From the NCBI GenBank assembly GCA_963705755.1, contig CAVPKZ010000085.1, forward strand, positions 2,191 through 66,190: 64,000 bases of DNA. Direction: 5' to 3'. Every line of letters starts with the position of its first letter. Within the stretch, counting starts at the first letter, position 1. Positions 9,746 to 21,282 of the stretch are shown here, piece after piece. Under the pieces are notes generated by a model, which worked only from the letters and a program-made list of their open reading frames with translations, did no database searches and was not told the origin of the DNA. A program made the position numbers and the translations under genes. This stretch comes from an uncultured Acidobacteriota bacterium (GTDB lineage Bacteria; Acidobacteriota; Terriglobia; Acidiferrales; UBA7541).

Positions 9746-12284
9746 CTAGGTAGTAAAAGCCAGCGCCAGCAGGGTTTTTTGCTCCAGCTCGTGTGCTTTC
9801 GCTGACCCCGTGGCCGGGCTCGCGCTGCTCGAGCGCTTTACCGAGCGCAACCGCAATCCTAACCCTTTGGCCAGGCTGTCCAAACGCGGCACCACATAGA
9901 AGTAGCCGCCCATATTCCGCGGCTCTTCCTGCACCCAGATAATTTCGCGCGCATTGGGATGCGCGGTAATCGCCGCCGTAATATCCAGTCGCGGCAGCGG
10001 GTAAAACTGTTCCAGAAAGAAAATCGCCGTCTCCGTATCATTGCGGCGTTTGCGTTCAGCGCGCAATTCGTGGCCAACCTTGCCGCTGGCGATCAGAATG
10101 CGCTTCGCGTCCTGCACTTCGCGATCTGGTATCAATGGCAAAAACCGTGGCTCCGCAAATTCCTGAATCTGCGAGCTGGCATCCGGATGACGCAGCATAC
10201 TCTTGGGCGTGAACACGATCAGCGGCTTGCGCCACGGACGGCGCACTTGCCTTCGCAACATGTGAAAATATTGCGCGGCCGTCGACGGCTGGCAGATCTG
10301 AATATTGTCTTCGCCTGCGAGTTGCAAAAATCTTTCGATGCGTGCGCTGGAGTGCTCCGGGCCCTGCCCCTCATATCCATGCGGCAGTAGCATCACCAAT
10401 CCCGAAGGAAGATCCCATTTATCTTCGCCGGCGCTTATGAATTGATCGATGATCACCTGCGCGCCATTCACAAAATCGCCGAATTGCGCTTCCCAGGCCA
10501 CCAGCGCTTCCGGGTAGTCCCGGCTGAAGCCGTACTCAAAACCCACGCAGGCCGCTTCCGACAACGGCGAATTGGCGATCTCACAAAAAGGCCCGCCGGG
10601 AGCCCGGTACGGTGAAAGATGCGCCAACGACAAATATTCCTCTTCGGTTTGTGTATCGACTAGCACCGCATGCCGCTGATTAAACGTGCCTCGCTGCGTA
10701 TCCTGTCCCGTCAGCCGAACAGGATTCCCCTCCAGCAAAAGCGATCCAAACGCTAGCGCTTCCGCGAAGCCATAATCCACAGCCCGCTTCCCGTGTCCCA
10801 TCTCCGAACGTTGTTCCAGCAACTTCACAATTTTCGGATGAACGTGAAAGCCTTGTGGAACCCGGCAAATTGCATCTGTAATTTCCGCCAATTTCTCCAG
10901 CGACACGCCGGTATCGACTTCCAGCGAGGCGTCATAGCGCCCGCGCTTATAAGGCGACCAATAATCTGGTAGCTTGCGCAGGTGCGGCGATTTCTTTACT
11001 TCCCGCGCTTTGGTTTGCTCCGTCTCATACTCCGCGCGAATCTCTTCAGCCATCGCGCCCGCATCAATTCCCGTTTGCTTGGCATATAACTTCCAAAGCT
11101 GCGGGTGAGCTTTGATTTTTTCGTAAAGCAGCGGCTGGGTGATCGTCGGATCATCCACTTCGCTGTGCCCGTGGCGGCGATATCCGATGATGTCCACCAC
11201 CACATCACTCCCAAATTTTGCCCGATACTCCGCGGCAATCCTTCCAATTCGCACGACCGCATCGGGATCCTCGGCATTCACGTGAAACACCGGAACCGAT
11301 TGGCGCTTGGCGATGTCCGAAGCGAAGCGTGACGACTGCGTTTGCACCGGACGCGTCGTAAATCCAATCAAGTTATTTACAACGATGTGAATCGTGCCGC
11401 CGACGGTATAAGCCTTCAAGTCAGCCAGATTCAAAGTTTCTGCCCAGATGCCTTGCCCTGCAAACGCGGCGTCACCATGCATCACAATGGGCACCACCGT
11501 GTTCGCACTATCCTTGCCCAGGCGTGTCTGCTTGGCGCGTGCCCGCCCCATCGCTACCGGGTCGACGGCCTCGAGATGGCTGGGATTCGACACCAGGTGA
11601 ATACCAATCTGCTTCCCCGTCGTCGTCTTAAATACGCCGGTCGCGCCTACGTGATATTTCACGTCGCCCGCGCCAAGAACACTGCGCGGGTCCACATCTT
11701 CAAATCCGGAAACCACCTGATGAGCGGGCTTGCACGCGGTATGGACCATCACGTTCAGCCGTCCGCGATGACTCATAGCCATAACGCTCTCTCGCGCCCC
11801 GTTTTCTGCCGAGGACTCCAGCAGCGCATCCAGCAGGGGAATCAGCGCGGTCACCCCTTCGAGAGAAAACCGTTTCGCACCCAGGTAACGCGCCTGTAAA
11901 ACTTGCTCGAAAAGGTCGGCTCGGACTAACCGCTCGAGTATGTGCCGCTGATCTACAGCAGGCGCCGCACGCTCCAGACGCTCCGCAATCCATTCCCGCC
12001 GCTCCGGCTCCGGCAGGTGCATGAATTCTGCGCCCACAGTTCCGCAATAAATTGCACGGGCCTCCTCGGCGGCCTCGCCGGTCAGGCTTAGTTCGGGGCG
12101 TTTTTCCGGTTAAAAAAGCCGAGTGGATCGAGATTGGCTTCGTAAAAACCCCAGCGGCGGAACAGCTCAAAAAGGTGTTCGCGCTCTGCAAGTCCGCCAT
12201 TTTTCCCCCGCCATTGGGGGTTTTCTTGGCGGATTTGGGCGCCTTTGGCGCGCGTTCCTCTTCGAGAGTGGTTCTGTTGGCCAT
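9746..12284 (-). CDS. sucA: 2-oxoglutarate dehydrogenase E1 component (5' end frameshifted near 12110-12200, likely sequence error)
   Basis: KRFSLEG, MSHRGRLN, GDVKYH, HGDAAFAGQG, WEAQFGDF, HGYEGQGPEHSSAR. Confidence 0.95.
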
Positions 12285-12490
12285 ATCCTGTAATCTTTAT
12301 TTTGCCACAGATTAAAAGCGTCTGCCGGGCCGGTACTCAGTACCTGATAATTGTTCCTGCCACGAAACGTCCTGAACGGAAATAGCTGCATCTCAGGTAC
12401 AATAGAGGGGAACAATCTTGCGTAAGAACCTAGTGATTTTCAGTAGGGGCGAAACGAGTTAATCACGCAACTTAAGGTGTAAGCACAACG

Positions 12491-13628
12491 ATGCCAGTAC
12501 CTATTTCTCAGATGTGGACGGTAGCCTCGTACGTCCTGAAACAGAAAATCCAGGGACGTAAGCGCTATCCCTTCGTTTTGATGCTGGAGCCGCTTTTCCG
12601 CTGCAATCTGGCCTGCGCCGGTTGCGGGAAAATCCAATATCCAGCCCATATTTTGAAAAAGGAATTGACGCCCGAAGAATGCTTCCAGGCCGTAGACGAG
12701 TGCGGCACACCGATGGTTTCCATCCCCGGCGGGGAACCGCTGATGCACTCGCAAATCGACAAAATCGTCGAGGGCCTGGTGGCGCGCAAAAAATATATTT
12801 ATCTGTGTACCAACGCCCTGTTGCTCAAGGAAAAGCTCGCACCTTTTCAAGCCCAGCAAATATTTAACTTTTTCAGTCCACGTAGATGGCCAACGCGAGC
12901 ACCACGATTTCTCGGTGTGCCGTGAAGGCGGCTACGATCTAGCCATTGAAGGCGTCCGCGAGGCCGTAACCCAGGGCTTCCGCGTGACTACCAACACCAC
13001 GCTCTTTGACGGTGCCGACCCCAACAGCGTCCGCGCGTTCTTCGACGAAATGATGGAAATAGGCGTAGAGGGTATGATGCTTTCGCCGGGCTACTCCTAC
13101 GAAAAAGCCCCCGATCAGCGACATTTTCTCGGTCGCGCTCGGACTCGTCGATTGTTCCGCGCGATTTTGTCGAACCGCAAATCCACCTGGCAATTCAATC
13201 AGTCACCGCTATTCTTGGAATTTCTGATGGGCAAGCGCACTTACGCTTGCACTCCTTGGGGCATGCCGACCTACAACGTTTTCGGCTGGCAGAAGCCCTG
13301 CTATCTTCTGCAGGACGGATATTCGGACACTTTCCAGGAATTACTGGAAGCCACGGAGTGGCAGAATTACGGCACCGAGTCCGGCAATCCCAAGTGCGCC
13401 AATTGCATGGTGCACAGCGGCTACGAAGCCTCCGCCGTGGATCACACCTTTAGCGGTTTGCGCGGCCTATGGGCTACCGCCAAAGCTACGCTATCCGGCA
13501 AGTACGAAGACGCAGACGCGCTCGCGCTTCTTAACCAGCCAACTAAACCAGTCCACGCCTACAACCCGCTCGTTCAGATCGATTCGAGTAAGGGTCAACT
13601 GACCGAAACCAAGAGTCTTAGTGGATGA
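12491..13628 (+). CDS. hpnH: Adenosyl-hopene transferase, radical SAM (frameshift near 12840)
   Basis: LMLEPLFRCNLACAGCGKI, CTPWGMPT..FGWQKPCYLL, CANCMVHSGYE. Confidence 0.93.
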
Positions 13629-14032
13629 CGGAAATTAACCCAGACAAATTAGAAGTCGCTCCCGGCACGGTCCACGAAGGCATCGAAGGCTGGGTGCCCG
13701 AACTCGCCAGCGACGACGATATTCGCGTGGCACTTGAGAAGGCTTTTGATTATCGTGGCGATGTTACCGTGACGCTGAAAAACGGCACCAAAGTTGAAGG
13801 ATACATTTTCGATCGCGTAGCTGGCTCGTCCCTCGCGACGAGCTTTGTCCGGCTTCTTCCAAAAACTTCCAATGAACGCCTCAAAATCTGCTATGCTGAT
13901 ATATCGGCGCTCGCCTTCACCGGTCGAGACACCGCGGCGGGGAAGAGTTTTGAAGCCTGGATCCGCAAATATTGGGAGAAAAAGGCCGCTGGCGAGGGCA
14001 ATCTAAATCTTCAGCCCGAATCGCTCGAGTAA
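13625..14032 (+). CDS. Hypothetical protein coupled to hpnH, possible Sm/LSm-like fold
   Basis: ATGA overlap with hpnH; DYRGDVTVTLKNGTKVEGYIFD. Confidence 0.7.
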   Translation: MTEINPDKLEVAPGTVHEGIEGWVPELASDDDIRVALEKAFDYRGDVTVTLKNGTKVEGYIFDRVAGSSLATSFVRLLPKTSNERLKICYADISALAFTGRDTAAGKSFEAWIRKYWEKKAAGEGNLNLQPESLE

Positions 14033-14129
14033 CTGTCTACGCAGTTTGGCCTCCGCATTAATCTAGATAAGTCATTTTAATTCTGCATTATACGTGGCTT
14101 TTGGTGGCTGCTCGGCCTCTGTAGAGTGC

Positions 14130-14158
14130 TAGACAATCGTCCTCCTTTGTAGTAATAT
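14130..14158 (+). promoter_or_regulatory. Sigma70-type promoter
   Basis: TAGACA-17 bp-TAATAT. Confidence 0.7.
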
Positions 14159-14171
14159 GGCTATGTGATCG

Positions 14172-14260
14172 AGTTCGTCCCTCGGCCCGAGACGGCTTGA
14201 GGCGACGGTTTAAGCCTACCTGGTTTAGGCGTGAATTATCCAAACCGAGCCATTCGAACT
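14172..14260 (+). ncRNA. Candidate structured 5' leader RNA
   Basis: Nested stems AGTTCG/CGAACT, CTCG/CGAG, GGCT/AGCC, CGGTTT/AAACCG, GCCTA/TAGGC between promoter and SD AAGGAGG. Confidence 0.45.
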
Positions 14261-14279
14261 ACAACCCAAGGAGGACACT

Positions 14280-14537
14280 GTGCAGGCGATGCAGGAAGGT
14301 CAAACTATTAAGCACGACGTTTATGGTCTGGGAATTGTGACCGCTTCGGATATGGAGCGTACCTCGGTAGACTTCGACGATCACGGCCCTAAGCTCTTTG
14401 TCACCAGCATCATGACCGCCGAGCTGATCGGTGAAGCGCCCGCAACTCCTCCCAAGACCAAGCGTCGCCGCAAAGCCTCCACAGCCGCAAAAGCCGCCAA
14501 GAAAGCTGCAGCGGCCGCCGCAGCCAGCCACGCTTAA
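14280..14537 (+). CDS. Small protein: PcrA/UvrD C-terminal Tudor-like domain + Lys/Ala-rich tail
   Basis: Strong SD; EGQTIKHDVYGLGIV...VDFDDHGPKLF pattern; KTKRRRKASTAAKAAKKAAAA tail; start GTG 14280 or ATG 14289. Confidence 0.7.
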   Translation: MQAMQEGQTIKHDVYGLGIVTASDMERTSVDFDDHGPKLFVTSIMTAELIGEAPATPPKTKRRRKASTAAKAAKKAAAAAAASHA

Positions 14538-14571
14538 TTTTATCGCTGAATTTTTTCGTCTATCAGTTTTT

Positions 14572-14599
14572 AAGAACGCCCTGAATGAGGGCGTTTTTT
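14572..14599 (+). terminator. Rho-independent terminator, possibly bidirectional
   Basis: AACGCCCT-GAATG-AGGGCGTT followed by T run. Confidence 0.8.
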
Positions 14600-14681
14600 A
14601 TTTGCGGCAACACACCCTAAAGAGGTCGTATTGGGGGGCGAACTTTTTGTCTTGATCCGTTAAGAGAATCAATATTTTTAG

Positions 14682-15605
14682 CTAGGCTTTATGCGCGGAT
14701 TCAGTTTGTTCGAATGCGTGATACGAAGAGCGCACCAGCGGCCCGGCCTCAACGTGCTTGAAACCCATTGCCTCGCCGCGTATTTTAAATTCCGCGAATT
14801 CATCGGGATGCACATAGCGCACCACCGGAAGATGTTCGCGGGTAGGCTGCAGATATTGTCCCAGCGTCAAAATATTCGTACCCTGAGCAGCCAAATCCTG
14901 CATGGTCGCGAGTACTTCCTCTTTTTCCTCGCCCAACCCCAGCATTAATCCCGTCTTCGTAGGAACTTCCGGATGCGCTGTCTTCGCCCGTTTCAACAAT
15001 TCCAGCGAGCGTTCGTATAGCGCGCCCTTGCGAACCTGCCGATACAACCGCGGAACCGTCTCGGTATTGTGATTCAACACATCGGGACGCGTCGCCAGCA
15101 CAATATTCAGTGCGTCCCAGTTGCCGCGAAAATCTGGAATCAAAACTTCTACCTTGCAGCCCGGCACCCTGCGACGAATCTCTTCGATGGTGCGGGCAAA
15201 AATCTGAGCGCCGCCGTCAGGCTGGTCGTCACGGTTCACTGAAGTAACCACTGCATACCGTAGGCCCATTTTTGCCACCGCCTCTGCAACGCGCAGAGGT
15301 TCGTTCTCATCGGGCGGCCCTGCGGGCTTACCGGACGGCACGGCACAAAATCCACAGGCGCGCGTGCAGATATCTCCCAGGATCATGAATGTCGCCGTCC
15401 CATGTTCCCAGCATTCACCCATGTTGGGGCAGCGAGCACTCTCGCATACAGTATGCAGTTCGAGCGTACGCATGATGCGCTTCAAGTCCTGATAGCGCTC
15501 GCCGCCAAAAAACTTAACGCGCAGCCACTCTGGCCGCGAGTGGCCTGCAGGCGCTATCGGTGGCGGCGCAGTAGCATTGGAAAGGATGTTAAAGGGTGCA
15601 GCCAT
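14682..15605 (-). CDS. lipA: Lipoyl synthase
   Basis: [35 protein letters not shown]. Confidence 0.97.
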   Translation of the reverse strand: MAAPFNILSNATAPPPIAPAGHSRPEWLRVKFFGGERYQDLKRIMRTLELHTVCESARCPNMGECWEHGTATFMILGDICTRACGFCAVPSGKPAGPPDENEPLRVAEAVAKMGLRYAVVTSVNRDDQPDGGAQIFARTIEEIRRRVPGCKVEVLIPDFRGNWDALNIVLATRPDVLNHNTETVPRLYRQVRKGALYERSLELLKRAKTAHPEVPTKTGLMLGLGEEKEEVLATMQDLAAQGTNILTLGQYLQPTREHLPVVRYVHPDEFAEFKIRGEAMGFKHVEAGPLVRSSYHAFEQTESAHKA

Positions 15606-15696
15606 TGCACGGGTTCAAGCCTATTTTACACGCGGAAGCAGAAAACCGCCAAAATTAGCCCGCGTAATAGAGAAAGCTTAGAAAGATTGATGAACG

Positions 15697-15972
15697 CTAC
15701 AGAGGCTGGCGGGAAGAGCGCACAAAATCTCGCAAGGTCGTAACGTTAGGACCGTAAGCGCCGATACGCCCGGCATCCACAGGAAGGCCCAGGCTTTCCG
15801 CCAGATCCAGATCCAATCCTGCATCGTCCAATTCAGACAGGCTAAATCCGGCTGCGGGTAGAACACGATTTATGCCCGTCGGATAGATAGGCCGAGGCGG
15901 ACGGTGACGCTGCCAGGGCCGGCGCGCCAGCTCGTAAAATTGCTTCCAATCGCGTTTGTGCCAGGTGGTCAT
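15697..15972 (-). CDS. Ribosomal protein eL13 (L13e)-like small protein
   Basis: GFSLSELDDAGL...AESLGLPVD.GR.....NV..L..F matches the eL13 core GFSxxELxxAGL..A..LG..VD.RR.....NV..L. Confidence 0.68.
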   Translation of the reverse strand: MTTWHKRDWKQFYELARRPWQRHRPPRPIYPTGINRVLPAAGFSLSELDDAGLDLDLAESLGLPVDAGRIGAYGPNVTTLRDFVRSSRQPL

Positions 15973-16290
15973 TTGCTTTTGCGGTCAGGTACTTTCGTTA
16001 CTCAACCTCGCTACCACTGTTGTTAGTACGTTCTTCTTCACCAGTTTGGATGCATCTGTCGCACTTTGGGTTCCTCCCCTGTGTAAAATCCGTGTAAAGC
16101 CCTATCAGGAGGGAAGCCCAAAACAAAGGCGAGCTACTGATATACTTCACATTCTTCCCACGCAATGCAGTTTCTTTCTGCATTGTTTCAAACCCGTCAT
16201 TAGTGGATTTGTTCCGCTCGCGGAGCAGATCAGCAGGAGCCTGTAGGAATTAACAGGGGCCACTGTATTTGCGAAGATTAGACCGAAGAA

Positions 16291-16422
16291 AATCAGGTTC
16301 ACGACAAGCGTGTTATGCCCTGCGACAGAGATAGCCGTGGCAGCTCGAACCCTGATCGGTAACTTAAGGCACAGGGGTTGTGCGGGACGCAGAGATTTGA
16401 ACTACGGCAGGAAGAACTGATT
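16291..16422 (-). ncRNA. Candidate ~130-nt structured small RNA
   Basis: Extended -10 TGcTATAAC (16436-16428) just upstream; 5' AATCAGTTC pairs with 3' GAACCTGATT followed by TTCTT; internal stems CTCTGCG/CGCAGGG, GCACA/TGTGC, CACG/CGTG; no ORF. Confidence 0.45.
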
Positions 16423-16468
16423 GCGGCGTTATAGCACAAAAAACGCCCAGGATTCCAAGAGGGTTCAC

Positions 16469-16885
16469 TTACCAGCGATTGCCTCGGTCACCGCGATCAC
16501 CTCCGCGATCACCTCGATCACCACCACGGCCGCCACCGCGCCCACCACCACCTCCTCCGTGGCCGCCCCGGCCGCCGCCATAACCGCCGCCGCCGCCCCC
16601 GCCTGGACGCCCGCCCCCACCGCCGCTTCCACGTTCTGCTTGGGGCCGTGCTTCGTTCACCACCAGGTTGCGCCCGCCAAAGTTCTGGCCATTGAGGGAG
16701 TTCACGGCGCGATCGGCGTCTTCGTCATTGTTCACTTCCACAAACGCGAACCCACGCGATTGTCCGGTGAACCGGTCGCGAATCAGGTTAACGCCCGAGG
16801 GAGTTACACCGACTTGAGAGAACCACTCGTTGAGCTGATCTTCTGTAGCCGAAAACGGAAGGTTACCGATATAGAGCTTCTTCAC
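16469..16885 (-). CDS. RRM RNA-binding protein with Gly/RGG-rich tail
   Basis: RNP2 KLYIGNL, RNP1 RGFAFVE; SD AAGGAG and GTG at 16885. Confidence 0.93.
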   Translation of the reverse strand: MKKLYIGNLPFSATEDQLNEWFSQVGVTPSGVNLIRDRFTGQSRGFAFVEVNNDEDADRAVNSLNGQNFGGRNLVVNEARPQAERGSGGGGGRPGGGGGGGYGGGRGGHGGGGGGRGGGRGGDRGDRGGDRGDRGNRW

Positions 16886-17125
16886 CTGCGCACTCCTTCT
16901 TTCCGGAACCCCACTGCGAGTCGCGGAGCGCACTGAACAAACATCCGTACCAGGGTAGTCGTAAGACCGGGCCACCGCGGACGCAGACTGTGACTTCAGC
17001 GGTCAGTGGAATCCTCTCCAATAATTACCCGTTTTGCAACCGGAATGATTTTGTCCGCGCGATCTCTTTCTTTGCTCGTTCGTCGCCTGCGCAAGCATAG
17101 AACCTGAGCTCAAATCTCAAACTCA

Positions 17126-18337
17126 TCAGGTGCGGTAGCTGGCGTTAATGCGAACATATTCCGCGGTGAAATCACACGTCCAGTAGCGCGCAATGGCGTT
17201 GCCGGCACGCATATTCACAATGATTGGGACGTGTTTGGCGAGCAGCCGGTTACTTGCGGCTCGCTCATTAAAGTTCAGCGGCTGGCCGCGGCGTAACACC
17301 GGAATACCTGCCATGTGAATATCTACGCGCGAAGGATCGAAGTTAACCCCCGAGCGCCCGGCGGCCGCAAAAATGCGCCCCCAATTCGGATCGCCTCCGG
17401 CAAACGCTGTTTTCACCAACGGTGAAGTGGCGATCGTCTCCGCGATGCGCCGCGCCGCGCTTTCGCTTTTGGCGCCTCGAACTTCGATTTCAATCACACG
17501 TTGCGCTCCTTCGCCGTCTGCAACAATTTGCAGCGCCAGCGAACGACAGATATCTTCGAGCGCCGCGGTGAACGCTCGATGGGCAGCCGACCCCGATTTA
17601 ATACTCGGAGCACCAGCGGCACCATTCGCTAACACTAACAGGGTGTCGTTAGTGGAAGTATCTCCGTCGACCGAAATAGCGTTGAAGGTTCGCGAGGTAA
17701 TATCACGCAACGTCTTCTGCAGTAGTCCGGGAGCGATGGCCGCATCCGTGACCACGAAAGCCAACATGGTGGCCATGTTGCGGATGAATCATTCCCGCGC
17801 CCTTGGCGCAGCCGACGAAATGGATCCTCTTGCCGGACATTTTGAAAGACGACGCCGCCGTTTTTGGCCGCGTATCCGTGGTGCAGATCGCCAGCGACAG
17901 CTCCGCAAACGAACGCGCCGAGGGACGCCGGTGCCGCGCAATTACCGGCAGCGCCCGTAATATTTTGTCGATAGGCAGCGGCACGCCAATCACACCCGTG
18001 GAGCAGACAAAAAGCTCTTCCGGCTGGCAACCCAAACGCTTGGCAGCTTCATCCACGGTGCGTTGCGCGGCCGCGTAGCCCGGCGGACCGGTGGCGCAAT
18101 TGGCATTTCCGGCATTCACGATCACGCCGCGCATACGCCCTTGGACGCACGCAGATTTTCCTTGGAAATGGTACTGGTGCGGCCACCACCAGGTTTTGCG
18201 TGAAAACCGCGGCGGCGGAAGCCGGAAATCGCTGCACAATAGCCCAAGGTCCAGCGCGCCGGTTTTTTTCAGGCCACAAGCCGTGGCCGCAAACGAAATC
18301 CATGCGGCAACGAGGCTTCGGAAAGGGCGTGTTTCAT
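17126..18337 (-). CDS. argJ: Bifunctional ornithine acetyltransferase (several frameshifts)
   Basis: NAGNANCATG, STGVIG, TTDT, AKGAGMI, MATML, DGDTSTND, DPNWGR, INASYRT. Confidence 0.93.
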
Positions 18338-18494
18338 CGAGGGTAGATCCGCGGCGTGAGCGCGAGGCTCACGGAAGAGGCCTCCGATCCTCCGCTACAA
18401 TGCAGATAGTTGCTGGTCTCACACGCTGATATGGACTGTCATGGCTCTGGGCTCCTAGTTTAGCTGTGAGTTTGTTGAATTCTAATTCCAACTG

Positions 18495-19859
<1,365 letters not shown>

Positions 19860-19917
19860 TTTGTCGCTTCATTGCGCTCGCCAAATCATTTCATCCTAAA
19901 AAACTAACGGTATCTGT

Positions 19918-21134
19918 TCAATTCCCGCCTTCAGCTTTGGCTTTCGGCCTGACCGTAACCGGCAGAGCAAAAAGATTGATGAAGCCTTCCGCATCTTTGG
20001 GGTTATACCGTCCCATCGTGAAGCTCGCCAGGTCGGTGCGATAAAGGGAAAACGGCGAAACTCTCTTGGTGACATTAAGATTGCCTTTCCACAATTTTAA
20101 TCCCACCGATCCGGTCACATGCTGCTGCGACACATTAAAAAATCCATCCAGCGCTGCGCGCAGCGGCGAAAACCACAGCCCGTAGTAAACCAATTCCGCA
20201 TAACGCAACGAAAACGCCTGCTGGAAGTGTGCGGTTTCCCGGTCGACCGTAAGCGTTCCAGCTCCCGATGTGCGGTGACCAGCAGGGTTCCACCGGGCGT
20301 TTCGTACGCCCCGCGGGACTTCATGCCCACCAGCCGGTTTTCGACGATGTCCGTGCGGCCGATGCCATGCTTCGCGGCAATTTCATTCAGCGTGTTCAGC
20401 AAATCGACCGGCCCAAGTTTCGTGCCATTCACCGAAACGGGGTGCCCGCTTCAAACCCAATTTCCACCTCTTCAGCTTTATCGGGAGCATTTTGCGGCGA
20501 AGCAATCCATTGCCACATCGCTTCGTTAGGCGAGTTCGCGGGATCTTCCAGCTCGCCTCCTTCATGGCTGAGGTGCCAGATATTCCGGTCGCGGCTGTAA
20601 ATATTTTTCTTGCTCTGTTCCACTTGCACGTTGTGCTTCTGCGCGTAGGCGATGGCGTCTTCGCGCGAATCGATATCCCATTCACGCCAGGAGCGATGAT
20701 TTGCACGTTCGGCGCGATCGCCTTGTACGCCAGTTCAAAGCGCACCTGATCGTTCCCTTTTCCAGTGCATCCGTGCGAGAGCCCGTCGGCTCCAAGTTTT
20801 AGCGCGACTTCGGCCTGGCGCTTGGCAATCACCGGTCGCGCCATGGACGTGCCCAGTAAATAGGTGTGTTCGTACACCGCGCCGGCTCTTAACGTCGGCC
20901 AGATGTAATCGCGCACAAATTCTTCGCGCAGATCCTCCACCACTGCCGTTGAAGCGCCGGTGGCCAGCGCTTTCTTGCGCGCCGCCTCCAGGTCTTCCTG
21001 CTGCCCCACGTCGCCAATCACCGCGATGACTTCGCAGCCGTAATTTTCTTTAAGCCACGGAATAATGATGGAAGTGTCCAGCCCTCCGGAATAGGCGAGT
21101 ACGACCTTCTTCGGTTTGATTTCTCGTCTTTCAC
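19918..21134 (-). CDS. argG: Argininosuccinate synthase (frameshifts)
   Basis: [44 protein letters not shown]. Confidence 0.95.
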
Positions 21135-21282
21135 AACTCCTCTTTCCAAAAAACAGTTCGGCAATCGTTATTGCGGAAAATCGACACACACTAATATCGT
21201 GAAAAGTTCTAACACTCTGGACTTTATATCGCTAATAAATATGTGTTCACTTGGCCAAATGGCGGCGTAAATGGCGCCTTCG

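Noticed and set aside
16480-16630. Short tandem repeats (CGATCACC units, GCC runs)
   Set aside because: They encode the Gly/RGD-rich tail of the RRM protein
21234-21251. Second ARG box before argG (AGTGAACACATATTTATT)
   Set aside because: A single degenerate box; plausible but not well enough supported
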